This document shows positions 22,358 to 33,441 of a stretch of 64,000 nt of DNA, piece by piece. The notes beneath the pieces were generated by a model. It did no database searches and was not told the origin of the DNA. It worked only from the letters and a program-made list of their open reading frames with translations. The first letter of the stretch is position 1, and each line of letters starts with the position of its first letter. Location: NCBI GenBank assembly GCA_037447605.1, contig CM074808.1, forward strand, positions 496,001 through 560,000, read 5' to 3'. The DNA is from Zygnema circumcarinatum SAG 698-1b (taxonomy: Eukaryota > Plantae > Zygnematophyceae). The position numbers and the translations under genes were made by a program.

Positions 22358-25300
22358 ATGGCGGCCGCCTCTCTCTCTCTCGCCGGCCCCTTGCAGATGC
22401 TGTGGAGCTGCGACAGCTGTGGCGGCCATGGGGGGCGCTCGCCTCCTGCTGGATCCACGAAGGTAAGTCGTTTTTTACTTCTCTCATCTTTTATTCTTCG
22501 CTCGGTTCCTCCGCATGAAAACATGCTCACGTTTTGAGTCCTGCTGAACGGTGAGTTTCTGGAACCGAAAAGTATCTCCAAGCGTGTTTTGATTTTTATC
22601 TTCATTTTTTTTTGGTTATTGTGCATTTTGATTGCTGCATGTTTAACATTGGTTTTTTTTTTCTTTTTTTTCAGCTTGTTCTTGGGAAAAGTCTCTTTTC
22701 CTGCCGCCGTGTTGTAAAGGGAACCTCGAAGCAAGCGCCATGGTTGTACGGAAGGAGCAAGAAAGGAAGCCGTAGCTCCTTCTCCATCACCTGCGCTGCA
22801 GCGACTGGAAGTAAGCCCATTGGAGGAGGGCAGATGCTGGTAAACTTCCGATTGCATGATCAAATCAACACTCATTTAGTAAAACAACAAGTTTTTCTAT
22901 TTAAGCCAACAATATTAAACAGCAGCGAAGTAATGACTCTTCTACCCCATCCTTGGTTCATGAAAGCACGAACTGCTGCAACAGAGGGTCCCAAAACCGG
23001 GAAATTCAAAACGCTTTCAGCACTCACAACATCATTAGACTTTTGCTTATTCGTTGATATTTTGCCGATTGTGCCATTTTTAGGTTTATGTGCCTCCGCA
23101 TCCCTTGGTGAAGCATTGGGTCGCTGTTCTACGAAGTGAGCAGACGCCTGTTCCTACATTTCGTGAGTATAGAATCTGCCCCCTTTTCCTAACAAAAACG
23201 TTATATGACGTCTTGAGCTTAAACCTTGTGACTTCTTTGCCTCCTTCTCTCTCACACGTGCTCTTTCAAACACACCTATCTGTCACAGCTTCATGATTTT
23301 AAGATTTCATGTATGTTAAGTTTTGAAGCATTCGTCCTGCATGCTTACTGTTCAAACTTCTCTTACGATGCTGCCAGGTGCTGCTTTAGCTGAGCTTGGA
23401 AGAATCCTCATATATGAAGCGAGCCGCGACTGGTTGGTGAGTTGCTCTAATCCGGATGTCTTTATATGAAGCATTAGGGTAAGTGGCAGGGTTGGCAGGC
23501 TTCAGAGTAAGGCTAGGATTAGGGTTAAGGTTAAGATAAAGGTTAGGCTTAAGGATAGGGGTATAGGGTACGATAAATGGAAACGTCCTGCAGGATCAGT
23601 TAAATCAATTAAATTTGTAGCTTGGATTAGGGTAAAATGACACAGTATTACGTGGGTTAGTAAGGATTAGGGTTACGGTGAGCGTTAGGGCTAGAGCTAG
23701 GGCTAGCAATAGGGTGTTGATGATCCTTGCTCAATGTTATTTCGTCCCCTGTCAAAGCGTATTGAATCCTAGTTTACCCTATTTTTCTCCTTTCAAACCC
23801 TACTTCACTGTGAGGAGTTGGGTTCTTGCAGCCAACAATCGAAGCGCAAATTCAAACTCCTTGTGGAATGGCTGATGTCGAATTTGTTGACCCAAGGGAG
23901 CCCATTAAGGTATAAGCCTCGGTTTTAGGATTTGTAAGTGGTTCTTTGAACCGTTTTAGGGTTCTTGGGCTAGTTGACGGTTCTTTGGGTCGGCTCCCTG
24001 GCCTGCTTTCAAAATGCTCATTTGTTAAGCCTTGTTGAAGTTCTGTGCGAGCATAGAAATCCTGACGGGATAAAGATAATAGAGATGAATAACTTTGCGA
24101 AAGTGGATCGCATTTATAGATCTTCAGTAGTTTTAAATCCTCAAAACCCTACGACCTGAAACCCCACGAGGTCCTATGCAGGTGGTGCCCATTTTGAGAG
24201 CCGGCCTCGTATTGGTGGAACATGTTCCTGTCGTGCTGCCCTCAATTGAAACTTTTCATCTGGGTCCGTAAGTCAGCGCCTCAATCATGACCCCAATTTT
24301 TTTCCAGGGCAGTTTGCCTTTGGCAGATTTAGAAGTAGGTCCTCACTCTCACTTTCAGCGCTCCCCTCACTCGTCTCCCTCTCTCCCCCTCTCCCCTCTC
24401 CCCCTCTCCCCTCTCCTCTCCCCTCTCCCCTCTCCCCTCTCCCCCTCTCCCCTCTCCCCCTCTCCCCTCTCCCCCTCCCCCTCCCCCCCTCCCCCTCCCC
24501 TCCCCCTCCCCCCTCCCCCTCCCCCCTCCCCTCTCCCCCTCTCCCCTCTCCCCTCCCCCCTCTCCCCTCTCCCCTCTCCCCTCTCCCCTCTCCCCCTCTC
24601 CCCTCTCCCCTCTCCCCCTCTCCCCCCTTCCCCCCCCCTCCCCTCCCCTCCCCACTCCCCCTCCCCTCCTCCCTCCCCCTCCCCCCTCCCCCCCTCCCCC
24701 CCTCCCCCTCCCCTCCCCCTCCCCCCTCCCCCCTCCCCCCTCCCCCCCTCCCCCCCCTCCCCCTCCCCCCTCCCCTCCCCTCCCTCCCCCTCCCCTCCCC
24801 TCCCCTCCCCTCCCCCCTCCCCTCCCCTCCCCCTCCCCCTCCCCCCTCCCCTCCCCCCCACCCCTCCCCCTCCCCTCCCCTCCCCCTCCCCTCCCCTCCT
24901 CCCCCTCCCCCTCACCTCCCCTCCCCCTCCCCCCTCCTCCCCCTCCTCCTCCCCCTCCCCTCCCCTCCCCTCCCCTTACCTCCTGCCTCCCCCTCCCCTC
25001 CCCCTCCTCCCTCCCCTCCTCCTCCCCCTCCCCCCTCCCCCTCCCCCTCCCCCCTCCCCTCCCCTCCCCCCTCCCCCCTCCCCTCCCCTCCCCTCCCCCT
25101 CCCCCTCCCCCTCCCCCCCTTGTCCCCTTCTCCCTCATACACCTGAGAGCGTGTCCGTCCGTTCTCCCTCTCTGGCAGGATACGCACGGGACGAGGAAAC
25201 ACTGCAGCCTTCAATGTACCTTAACAAGTGAGTATGCCTATATCACCACTCATACATCCGTTATTATTTTCATGTGCGCATATATATAATGTAGTGCCCC

Positions 25301-27114
25301 TTTTGTTAAATTTTTGAGCATATTGTTCACCTGCAGCTTTGAAGCCGATACATAATCTGGGTGTTCTTTTCCCTTTGTTTTGGTCCGTCTGGAAAATCTC
25401 GATACGATTTTCTCCTCGTCCCCAGGAATCTATTTTTCCTGCAAACCATTCCTCGTTGGGCAGCTGCAAAGGTTCAATGTTTCATTGCTTTTTGGGACCC
25501 TGCAGGCTGCCCGAAAAATTTCCGCCCGGCGCAAGAGTGCTCATAGCGGACCCTATGCTCGCGACTGGTGCGATGCCTCTCCCATTCATAAACTCACAAT
25601 TTAAAGACACCAAATCCGAAAAGGTCTGAGATTCAAGCAAGAAGGGTAGACAAGAACATGCACCCCCTTTCTCTCTGTCTCTCTCTTTCTCTCTCCCTTT
25701 CTCTCTCTTTTTCTCTCTCTTTCTTTCTCCCTCCCTCCCTCTCTTTCTCTCTCTCTCTCTTCCTCTCTTTTTCTCTCTTTTTCCTTCTCTCTTCCTCTCT
25801 CTTTCTTTCTCTCTCTCTCTTCCTCTCTCTTTCTCTCTCTCGTTCTCTCTCTCTCTCTCTTTCACTCTAATAGAAGTGTTGAAGAGGGAGAGAACAGGCG
25901 GGACAATAGTGGCTGCAATCGAGGAGGTTGTGAGGAGGGGAGCGGATGTGAAGCTCATGCGCGTGGTAGGATTCCAAACCCTATTTTTTTTCGAAACCCC
26001 TGAACCCTAAACCGTGAACCAAATCCGTACACTTTCAACCCTGAACCCTAAACCCTAAACCCGAAAATTTAAATCTTAAATCCTATCTCTAAATCTTGAA
26101 CCCGTTGAAAAGAACCCTAAAAAAAAAACTAATTCCTGAACCCCTTAATGCCCTGAAAGACCCTAAAACTCATAGATCTACCCTAAAAATTTGAAAGCTT
26201 TGTTTTGGGGCCTTCGCAGGTTTCCGCCATTGCAGCTCCGCCTGCTTTGAAGAAGCTCGGAGAGATGTTTCCCGGGTGGGCTTTTGCTGCATTTTTTTTT
26301 TTTTTCAATTTTTGGAATGTAGGGGTGGAGGGTTCAGCGCTTATGTGATTTATTCATCCGTTTCCTTTTCTTGTTGTACTTGTTTATGTATTGATTTTAC
26401 GTCTATTTTTCGGCTATTTCTTTTTGAATTTCGAAGGCGCATGCATTTTCTGAGTGGGTTTTTTCATGTCGTTACTAGGGCAAGTTTTTTATGGAGAGGG
26501 TGAGGAGGTCTAAGAGGGACCGACGAATCATTTTCTTTGAAAGAATTGTGAAATAAACTAAAAAACTGTTAAAATGTTTATACATTCAGTTGTTATTGTA
26601 CCGGTATTCTTAGAAATATGTCTTTTCCTTTTGGCCGAATGTATCTGATGCTGCATGGAGGGGGTGCAGGCTGAAAGTGTATACAGGAATCATCGATGCT
26701 GAGCTTAATGACAAGGGGTGAGTGAGTGCCTGGTTGGAAAAAGGAGGGGGAAGGGGGGAGGAGGGACGGGGCGGGGGCGGGGAGGGGGGAGTGGGAGGGC
26801 GCGGGAGAGGGAGAGAGAGAGCGAGGTCAGGGAGACAGCGGGAGGGAGAGAGCGGGGGGGAGGGGAGGGGGAGAGAGGGAGGGGGAGAGAGGGAGGGAAG
26901 GAGAGGTGGGATAGGAGTAGGAAGGGGAAAGAGTGGGAGGGCGGGGGGGTCTGGGGTTTGGGGGATGGGAGAGGGGGAGAGGGGGAGAGGCTGACTGCAC
27001 TGCATGTGAAGCATGTATTGAGATAAGAAAGGATGTGGGCCATGCCATATTCTCTCCCGCAGATACATCGTACCTGGACTTGGAGACGCCGGCGATCGCA
27101 GCTTCGGAACGTGA
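22358..27114 (+). CDS. UPP: Plastid uracil phosphoribosyltransferase
   Basis: 12 exons: 22358-22462, 22675-22839, 23084-23162, 23378-23436, 23832-23909, 24182-24263, 25179-25227, 25506-25567, 25898-25965, 26220-26275, 26670-26717, 27063-27114; phases consistent. VYVPPHPLVKHW, VPILRAG, DPMLATGGT, YIVPGLGDAGDRSFGT; transit peptide. Confidence 0.95.
24361..25135. repeat. ~775-bp almost pure C/T (CCCCT/CTCCC) tract in UPP intron 6
   Basis: Direct reading; the opposite strand is a continuous series of G3-G6 runs. Confidence 0.95.
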
Positions 27115-28034
27115 GGGAGGTTGGAGATTCTCTACATGAGTTGCAGGTGATTTCGGATTTGTAGGTTTAGACTTCCCTCTCAGTCAGTTCCGGCACCATC
27201 GGCACTCAAGTGAGCTCATTCTGCAGAACTAGATAGCATAGAACCGCATGAAGTTCAGTACAGTCTGCCGTAGTCTCGTCCACTCCTGTCCAATTCCTTC
27301 CGTTTCTTTCCGTTCCGTCCTGTTCTGTTTTGCTCCGTTCGGGATTGTACCGTAAGGTTCAAAGGAGACACTGTTTTGCCTTTCCAGCACCACTCCGTAA
27401 CATGGAGGAGTTTTGAGATTCTCGGGAGGAATTGCACTCTTGTAGGGCTTAGGGTTCAGGGCTTCGCGTTTAGGGTGTATGACTTAGCGCTCAGAGCTTA
27501 GGTTTTGTTGGGTCGTCAGTGGATGTCTACTCGTTGTCAGCCGCAGTCCCTTAGACAAACGTTCCATACGCAGTTATTTTTGTTTTCCTGCTACCCATTG
27601 TTTAAATAAATTTCTTTCGCTTTTGTTTTGGTTGTTATATCATGGCATTGTGTGTCCAGCTGGAGGGCTGTGTGGCAGAGGAGCCGGTTGTGTTTGCACG
27701 AACAAATCCTGGAATTTGCTTGCCTGGAAATAAACTTGGTTTGCAAAGCTGCCAAAAATGTATTTGACCTATTTTTCAACCTCCAAAGAAACTTGACGTG
27801 CTGTCAAGACCAGCAACGCGAAACGAGCATGAAAAGAGAAGAAAAGAGACAGATTTTCAAAAAGCTGCAGGAAACATACAATCATTTTGTTGATGCCAAA
27901 AAAACTGGCGTAAGGCGGTCGAAACAACGTCAACTTGTTTGGACCAACCACTCAGACATCTAAACACAAAATTGCCATTCCCCACTCTCCCTCCCCTCTC
28001 TCTATGTACCCCAAAGCTCCCCTTCCATAGTTCC

Positions 28035-29548
28035 TCAGCCGGTGATCATAGTGCCTCCCCCCTCCCCCGTCAGAATCTCAATGAGAAGCGAATGGGGAGC
28101 TCGCCCGTCAATGATGTGAGTGGCTTTCACTCCCTGAGCGAGAGAGCGGATGCAGCACTCTACCTTGGGGATCATGCCTCCCTTCACAATTCCATCACCG
28201 ATCAGTTTCCGGACTCCTCTGATATCCACCGATTTCACTAAGCTGCAAACAATAAGAGCACACAAAAGGCCCATTTCAGATTAAGTATTTTCGAGTTAAG
28301 AAATAAAGTCGAAGTATTTAAGGGATTTCAAGGCTATAAAGGTCATTTTTTCGCTTCAGAAACGAAGGGAAGTGGGAAAAAAATCATTTTGCAAAAAGGG
28401 GAAAAAATGGGATAAAGGGCAGGCGAGATGCCAAACGAAAAATACCTTCCCCCCCAAAACAAACACTACCAAAAAATTCAGAACACTTAAGCAAAGAAAA
28501 TACCCCACAAATCAACTCCCTCCTCTCCCCCTCCCTTCTCTCTCTCCCTCCCCCCCCTTCCCTCCCCCTGCCCCCCCTCTCTCCCTCCCTCCCCTCCCTT
28601 CCCCCTCCACCATTACCTGTCCTGCACCTTCGGGTCGAGCATCACCCCCGGCACGTCTGTCATGAGAATGAGTTTCTCCGCCCCCAAAGACGCGGCTATC
28701 TCCCCCGCCGCCGTGTCCGCATTAATGTTGTAGGCCTGCCCTCTGTCGTCGGCCGCCACAGAAGCCACCACAGGGATGTGGCCATCCCTAAGGAGGCTCT
28801 GCAGCACCGTAGTATCAATCCTCGCAATGTCTCCCACAAACCCTAAATCTTCTGCAGCAGGTCTCGCAGTAATAAGCTTCCCATCTTTCCCACACATTCC
28901 CACAGCACTTCCTCCGGCTCCGTTGATTAAAGAGACGAGAGATTTATTCACTTTGCCGACGAGAACCATCTCCACGACTTCCATGGTGGGGCCGTCTGTT
29001 ACACGGAGGCCGTTACGGAACTGCGGTTCTATGCCGATTTTGGTGAGCCACGTGTTAATCTCTGGGCCGCCGCCATGGACGAGCACGGGGCGGAGGCCCA
29101 CGCAAGAGAGGAGGACGAGGTCCTTGATCACTCCCTCCTTCAAGGACCCATCTTTCATGGCGGCTCCTCCATATTTCACTACCACAATCTTTCCATGGAA
29201 GCGCTGAATGAAAGGAAGAGCTTCAGAAAGGATGTCGACGCGCTCCTGCGAACTGAAGCGGGGAGCCGCTACGGCTTCCTCCGTCGCAACATTTCTAACA
29301 AGATGAGCAGGGAATTGGGGAGAGCAGCGGGAAATTTTAGCATTTGAAAGCCCTTTCCTGCTGCTGCTGCTGCTGCTGCGCAAGGAGGAGGGGGCTTCGC
29401 CGGTGAGAAATGGAGAAGCTTCCACCCTAACCCTACCCCTAATCCTAACCGCAGCCCTACCTCCGCTTCTTGATGGAGTGCCTCTATCGCCGAAACTGGT
29501 GCTTGCAGCGCCGCACGTGAGAAACTCTCCTCCTGCGACTGCCGCCAT
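28035..29548 (-). CDS. NAGK: Plastid N-acetyl-L-glutamate kinase, 379 aa
   Basis: Exons 29548-28617 and 28242-28035 (phase 2, AG|C). [60 protein letters not shown]; transit peptide starting MAAVAGG. Confidence 0.96.
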
Positions 29549-29649
29549 GGCTGCCCCTCTCAATAAAAGCTCCGAAATTGGCCCAAAAGCTGCGCTGCTG
29601 TGGGAGAGAGCTGCCCCCAAGCTATGGCTGCGGAAAGGGCGGCAGAGGG

Positions 29650-31300
29650 CGCCACGTGGCAGGGAGACGCCTTCGCTCCGCCGGAAGCTGCCATGGCGGG
29701 ATGTCGGCGCCGCCGTCAACAGCCGCCGGCCAAAGATTGCCGGCCGGTGACTAAACTTCTGCCGGCCGGCGAGTATTTGACAGCGATACATGCGCTCTGT
29801 TCAACGAGCATAGAGACGGAATGAGACTTTCTCTATGTTGACCAAGGGGTTAAATGCAACAGGAACTGTAACGGACATGGAGCGACCGTTGAGGAACGCA
29901 ATTAATGAATGCGATGAAGACGACAAAGATCTGATTCGTGAAATCGTACGATGCCGTCATAGTCGTACGATCATTCCGTTGGGATGAAATTTGACGTCAT
30001 TACCATACGGCCCTTTTCTTTACAGTACTGTACCAAGAGGTGATGACGTCATACGCGTACGGTTGCCCAAAAAGAGGAAACGTGCCCCCTCCCGAGCAGA
30101 GGAAAACTGTGATCAGAAAAAATCGGTTTTCCGGAATACCCCATTTGTACCCCAAATATACCCCATTTGCACCCCATTCATTTCCCATTTATACCCTATT
30201 TGCACCCAGTTTATACTCCATTTGCACCCCTTGCTCGAGCCCTCCCCCTCCGTGAGGCCACCACGTAGCCCTTAAACACGTGTGGCGGCGCAAATTCGGC
30301 CACGTAGCGGGCCCTTGGACTGGCGGCCCCGCGTCACGCCGCCACGTGGCACTCGGAGACGGGCGGGCCGAGGCGGAAGTATCTGGAGGGGACGTGGCCA
30401 CGAGGGCGCCATGCTGGCAGGTGCTGCTGGCTCCCATTTCGCCATGTGGCAAGCCGCAATATTTGATTGGCTCGGGGGGCGCCACGTGGCGGTTGGAACC
30501 TTCGGGCGGCGGTGCCGTTCGTCTGGCGCTGGAGGACCCAAATCGAATTTTTTAGAAATTTAAGATTCTGGAAGCTCTGATTTTTTTCAAACAAAATATT
30601 TTGAAGGGATGCGGACGAGGCGCCGCGTGGAGCCCGGAAACGACCGCCCCCGGAAAAGGTACGTTGCTGCCGAACCTGATTTGGAATACCAAACCTGAGG
30701 TTTGGAAACGCTTTTCCAGGCAAGGTGAAGGGAGTTTGTAGGTTCGGAAGAGGCTCGAAAGCTCGTGACCCATCAAGCGCGTGCCCAGCCTGTTTCTGAG
30801 CCTGTTCAGAACCCGCTTTTGAACGTTCCCAGCCTGGACCCCCGCCGTCGGCGGCGACGTTTCCGCATCGGCCAGCCAATCAGCTTGCCTGCTTTCCACG
30901 TCAGCCTTTCGCTTTATCGCCACATGGCCCAATCAGCATCCGCCCTTTCCGCCGGCCTGCACAGCCTACTGTCACGTGGCACCCTTTTCGAACCCGCAGC
31001 CTGACAAACCGCAAGGGCACGCCAAAAAAAAAAAACTCTGCCCGTCCGTACGCAAATTCCAAAAAATCAAACGATCCTGAAATTTCTCGGCGCACTCTCA
31101 AAAACTCAAAATTTCAGTTTTGTGCCACGTGTCATCTCCTTGAGGGCCTATAACCGTTCCAAACCCAATTTGTACCCCAACGTAAGCTTTTCCAATTTTC
31201 CCACAACTGACGTGGCCTCGCCCCCCCCTCCCGGAAAACCCAAAACCGGAAAACCAGAAACTGAAAAACCAAAAACTTGGCCCAACGGCCACGTCGCCAA
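29650..31300. promoter_or_regulatory. Divergent NAGK/lipase intergenic region with a dense ACGT-core (G-box/ABRE-like) cluster
   Basis: About a dozen CACGTG, CACGTA, GACGTG or CACGTC motifs, mostly GCC-flanked. Also a ~22-bp ATACCCCATTTG(C/T)ACCCC tandem at 30135-30230. Confidence 0.45.
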
Positions 31301-31713
31301 CGTACCAGAAAAGCCCTGCCGGCCATTTTCGGGCAGCCCAGAGGGGCCAAAACGTTTCGGGCCTGCCCAGGCTCTGGCTGACAGGGAGGGAGGGGGGGTC
31401 AAGAAAGGAAAGCCTCCAGTCATCTCCTGAGAGAGCTTGGACCGCACGCAGCCATGGCGGCCACCTACTGCGACTGCTGAAAGTGCCCTCGCCCTCGCCC
31501 CTCGCTCCTCTTACAAGCATCCTCCTCCTCGCTCCTTCCGTGCTTTGGCTCCTCTTTCTTGCATATCTCCATCCCTCTCTTCCTTCACTCCCTCCCTTTT
31601 GCGCCCCCTCCTTCCGTCTGCCTTTTCTCCCTCTCCCTCCACCCTCTCCCTCCCTCTCCTTCTCCATCTCCTCTCCCTCTCTCCCTCCCCCTCCCTCCCT
31701 CTCCGGCTCGAAG

Positions 31714-33441
31714 ATGTCCCAGCGCAGCAGCTCCGAGTTCGGGCAGATCATGCGGCGGCGGAGCGTAGAGCTCCGGCACGCCGTGCGGCGGAGCAGCGGC
31801 GAGATCCGGCGCACCCTCCAGCGCCGCGCGAGCTGCGACCTGCGGCGCACCACGTCGGGCAGCCTCGTGGGGCGGGGCCTCAAGCAGCAGATGCTGGACG
31901 CGCTCATTTTTTCGCTCGCAGCCTACGAAACGACGCCGGAGAAAGTGCTCGCCGTGCTCCGATGTCAATACGATCTCCCTGTAGGGATTCTGGACATTTT
32001 TCCGTTAGACGGCGTTTCAGTAGACAGCTCGGGCGCAGGCAACGTGCTGGTGGGGAGGAATTCCGCGCACGGGCATGTGGTGGTGGCGTGCAGAGGGACG
32101 GCGGACTTGGCAGACGTTGTTACGGATTTGAAGTTCATACATAAGAAGGTGCCGTTTGCGGATGGATCAGCGCATTTAGGGTTTGTTCAGAGGGCGGCAA
32201 GCGTGAATATTGAGCCCCTTTTGAAGCTGTTGGAGGGTGGAGAGAAGATAGTTTTCACAGGGCATTCGTTGGGGGGAGCCGTGGCTTCTCTTGTGGCTTT
32301 GAGAGTGATGGAGGAGGCGTCAAGAAATGGATTGTGGTGCCCCCATCAGAGGAGAGTGCAGGTCATCACATTTGGGGCACCCCTATTCGCGAATGCGGGA
32401 CTTGCTGAGATGATCAATACGAAGTACAGAGACATTTTTCATCACATTGTTTCGAAGAATGATTTAGTTCCTAAGATCTTGCCCTTGCTTGCAGCGGGCC
32501 ACCGAATAATAGGGGGAGAGCCCCACCATATGGAGGTGCTGAGAGTGGTGAGGTTGGGGCTGGAGATAGTGGAGGGAGTAACAAAGTGGCCTGTCGCTAC
32601 CTTTGTACGGAACGTGGAGGAGAGAATTCCGGGGCCTATACGTTCCCTAGTATCGATAGCCACACGGTTATTCCTTCCGGGAGAGTCGGAGCATCAGTAT
32701 GCCTTTGCAGGGACGATCGTTATGTTGGATAGAACGGAGCTGGCGGTAGATAAGGCTGTGAGGTTGACAAAGGCAGAGGAACTCAATTTCTGGTGTAGTC
32801 AGTTGGGATTCGGATTAAGGTTCAATTTCGGAGCAGTGGCGGAGCACGGGCTGTCTAATTACTACCAGGCGCTCGCTAAAGGGATGAAATCGCGACTCCT
32901 GGAATATATTGGGGTGGGAAATAATGGGCTGAGTTCTGAGATGGCGGTTGCTGGAGCCACAGCTGTGGGGATGAAGATGGGAGAGGCGGTAGCAAAGGAG
33001 ATGATGGAAGAGAGTGGGTGTGAGCAGAAAGATTGTAAGGTGACTATAAACTGTGATGTGGCAGTCAAAGATCAGACCGTGGTGGTTTCAGCGAATGATC
33101 GGACGCGTAGGACGGGGATGGGGAGAGTGGGAGGGGGAGAGTTTGCGGAAGTGAGTTGTGGTAGAAGTGAAGGGACTAGCAATGCTTTGGAGAGGTCCCG
33201 AGTAGGAAGCAGAGGAGTGATAAGAAACAAGTGTGTGAGGTGTGCGAGGGCTCTGCAAGTGTATGCGACTTGTGAAGTTACATTAGAGAGGGATGGGCAG
33301 CCGATGAAGAAACGAAAATTTAAGTTTGGCTGGTTGATCGGAACTATATCGCGGGTCTCGCGGCATCTGAGATCTCTCGACAAAGTCTGTCTTGTCTTCT
33401 CGGCAATCAGACTTGTCGTTGTCTGCAACCCCTTCTTTTAA
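31714..33441 (+). CDS. Class 3 lipase (alpha/beta hydrolase) with EDS1/PAD4-like lipase motifs, apparently intronless, 575 aa
   Basis: Single ORF from ATG 31714. VVACRGT, HLGF, KIVFTGHSLGGAVA, ITFGAPL, HIVSKNDLVPK and a likely catalytic His in EHGLSNYY. The C-terminal end could be spliced. Confidence 0.85.
   Translation: MSQRSSSEFGQIMRRRSVELRHAVRRSSGEIRRTLQRRASCDLRRTTSGSLVGRGLKQQMLDALIFSLAAYETTPEKVLAVLRCQYDLPVGILDIFPLDGVSVDSSGAGNVLVGRNSAHGHVVVACRGTADLADVVTDLKFIHKKVPFADGSAHLGFVQRAASVNIEPLLKLLEGGEKIVFTGHSLGGAVASLVALRVMEEASRNGLWCPHQRRVQVITFGAPLFANAGLAEMINTKYRDIFHHIVSKNDLVPKILPLLAAGHRIIGGEPHHMEVLRVVRLGLEIVEGVTKWPVATFVRNVEERIPGPIRSLVSIATRLFLPGESEHQYAFAGTIVMLDRTELAVDKAVRLTKAEELNFWCSQLGFGLRFNFGAVAEHGLSNYYQALAKGMKSRLLEYIGVGNNGLSSEMAVAGATAVGMKMGEAVAKEMMEESGCEQKDCKVTINCDVAVKDQTVVVSANDRTRRTGMGRVGGGEFAEVSCGRSEGTSNALERSRVGSRGVIRNKCVRCARALQVYATCEVTLERDGQPMKKRKFKFGWLIGTISRVSRHLRSLDKVCLVFSAIRLVVVCNPFF

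Noticed and set aside
24287-25231. Extensin-like Pro-rich ORF that runs in frame into UPP exon 7
   Set aside because: Lies in intron 6 and derives from the C/T tract. No signal peptide or SP4-Tyr motifs, and the frame match has a one-in-three chance.
22358-29548. UPP and NAGK as a functional plastid nitrogen-metabolism cluster
   Set aside because: Convergent orientation, different pathways, and no evidence beyond adjacency.
28613-29791. N-terminal extensions of the NAGK ORF (and of the lipase ORF from 31483)
   Set aside because: Non-ATG or low-complexity upstream frames; good-context ATGs at 29548 and 31714 give typical proteins.
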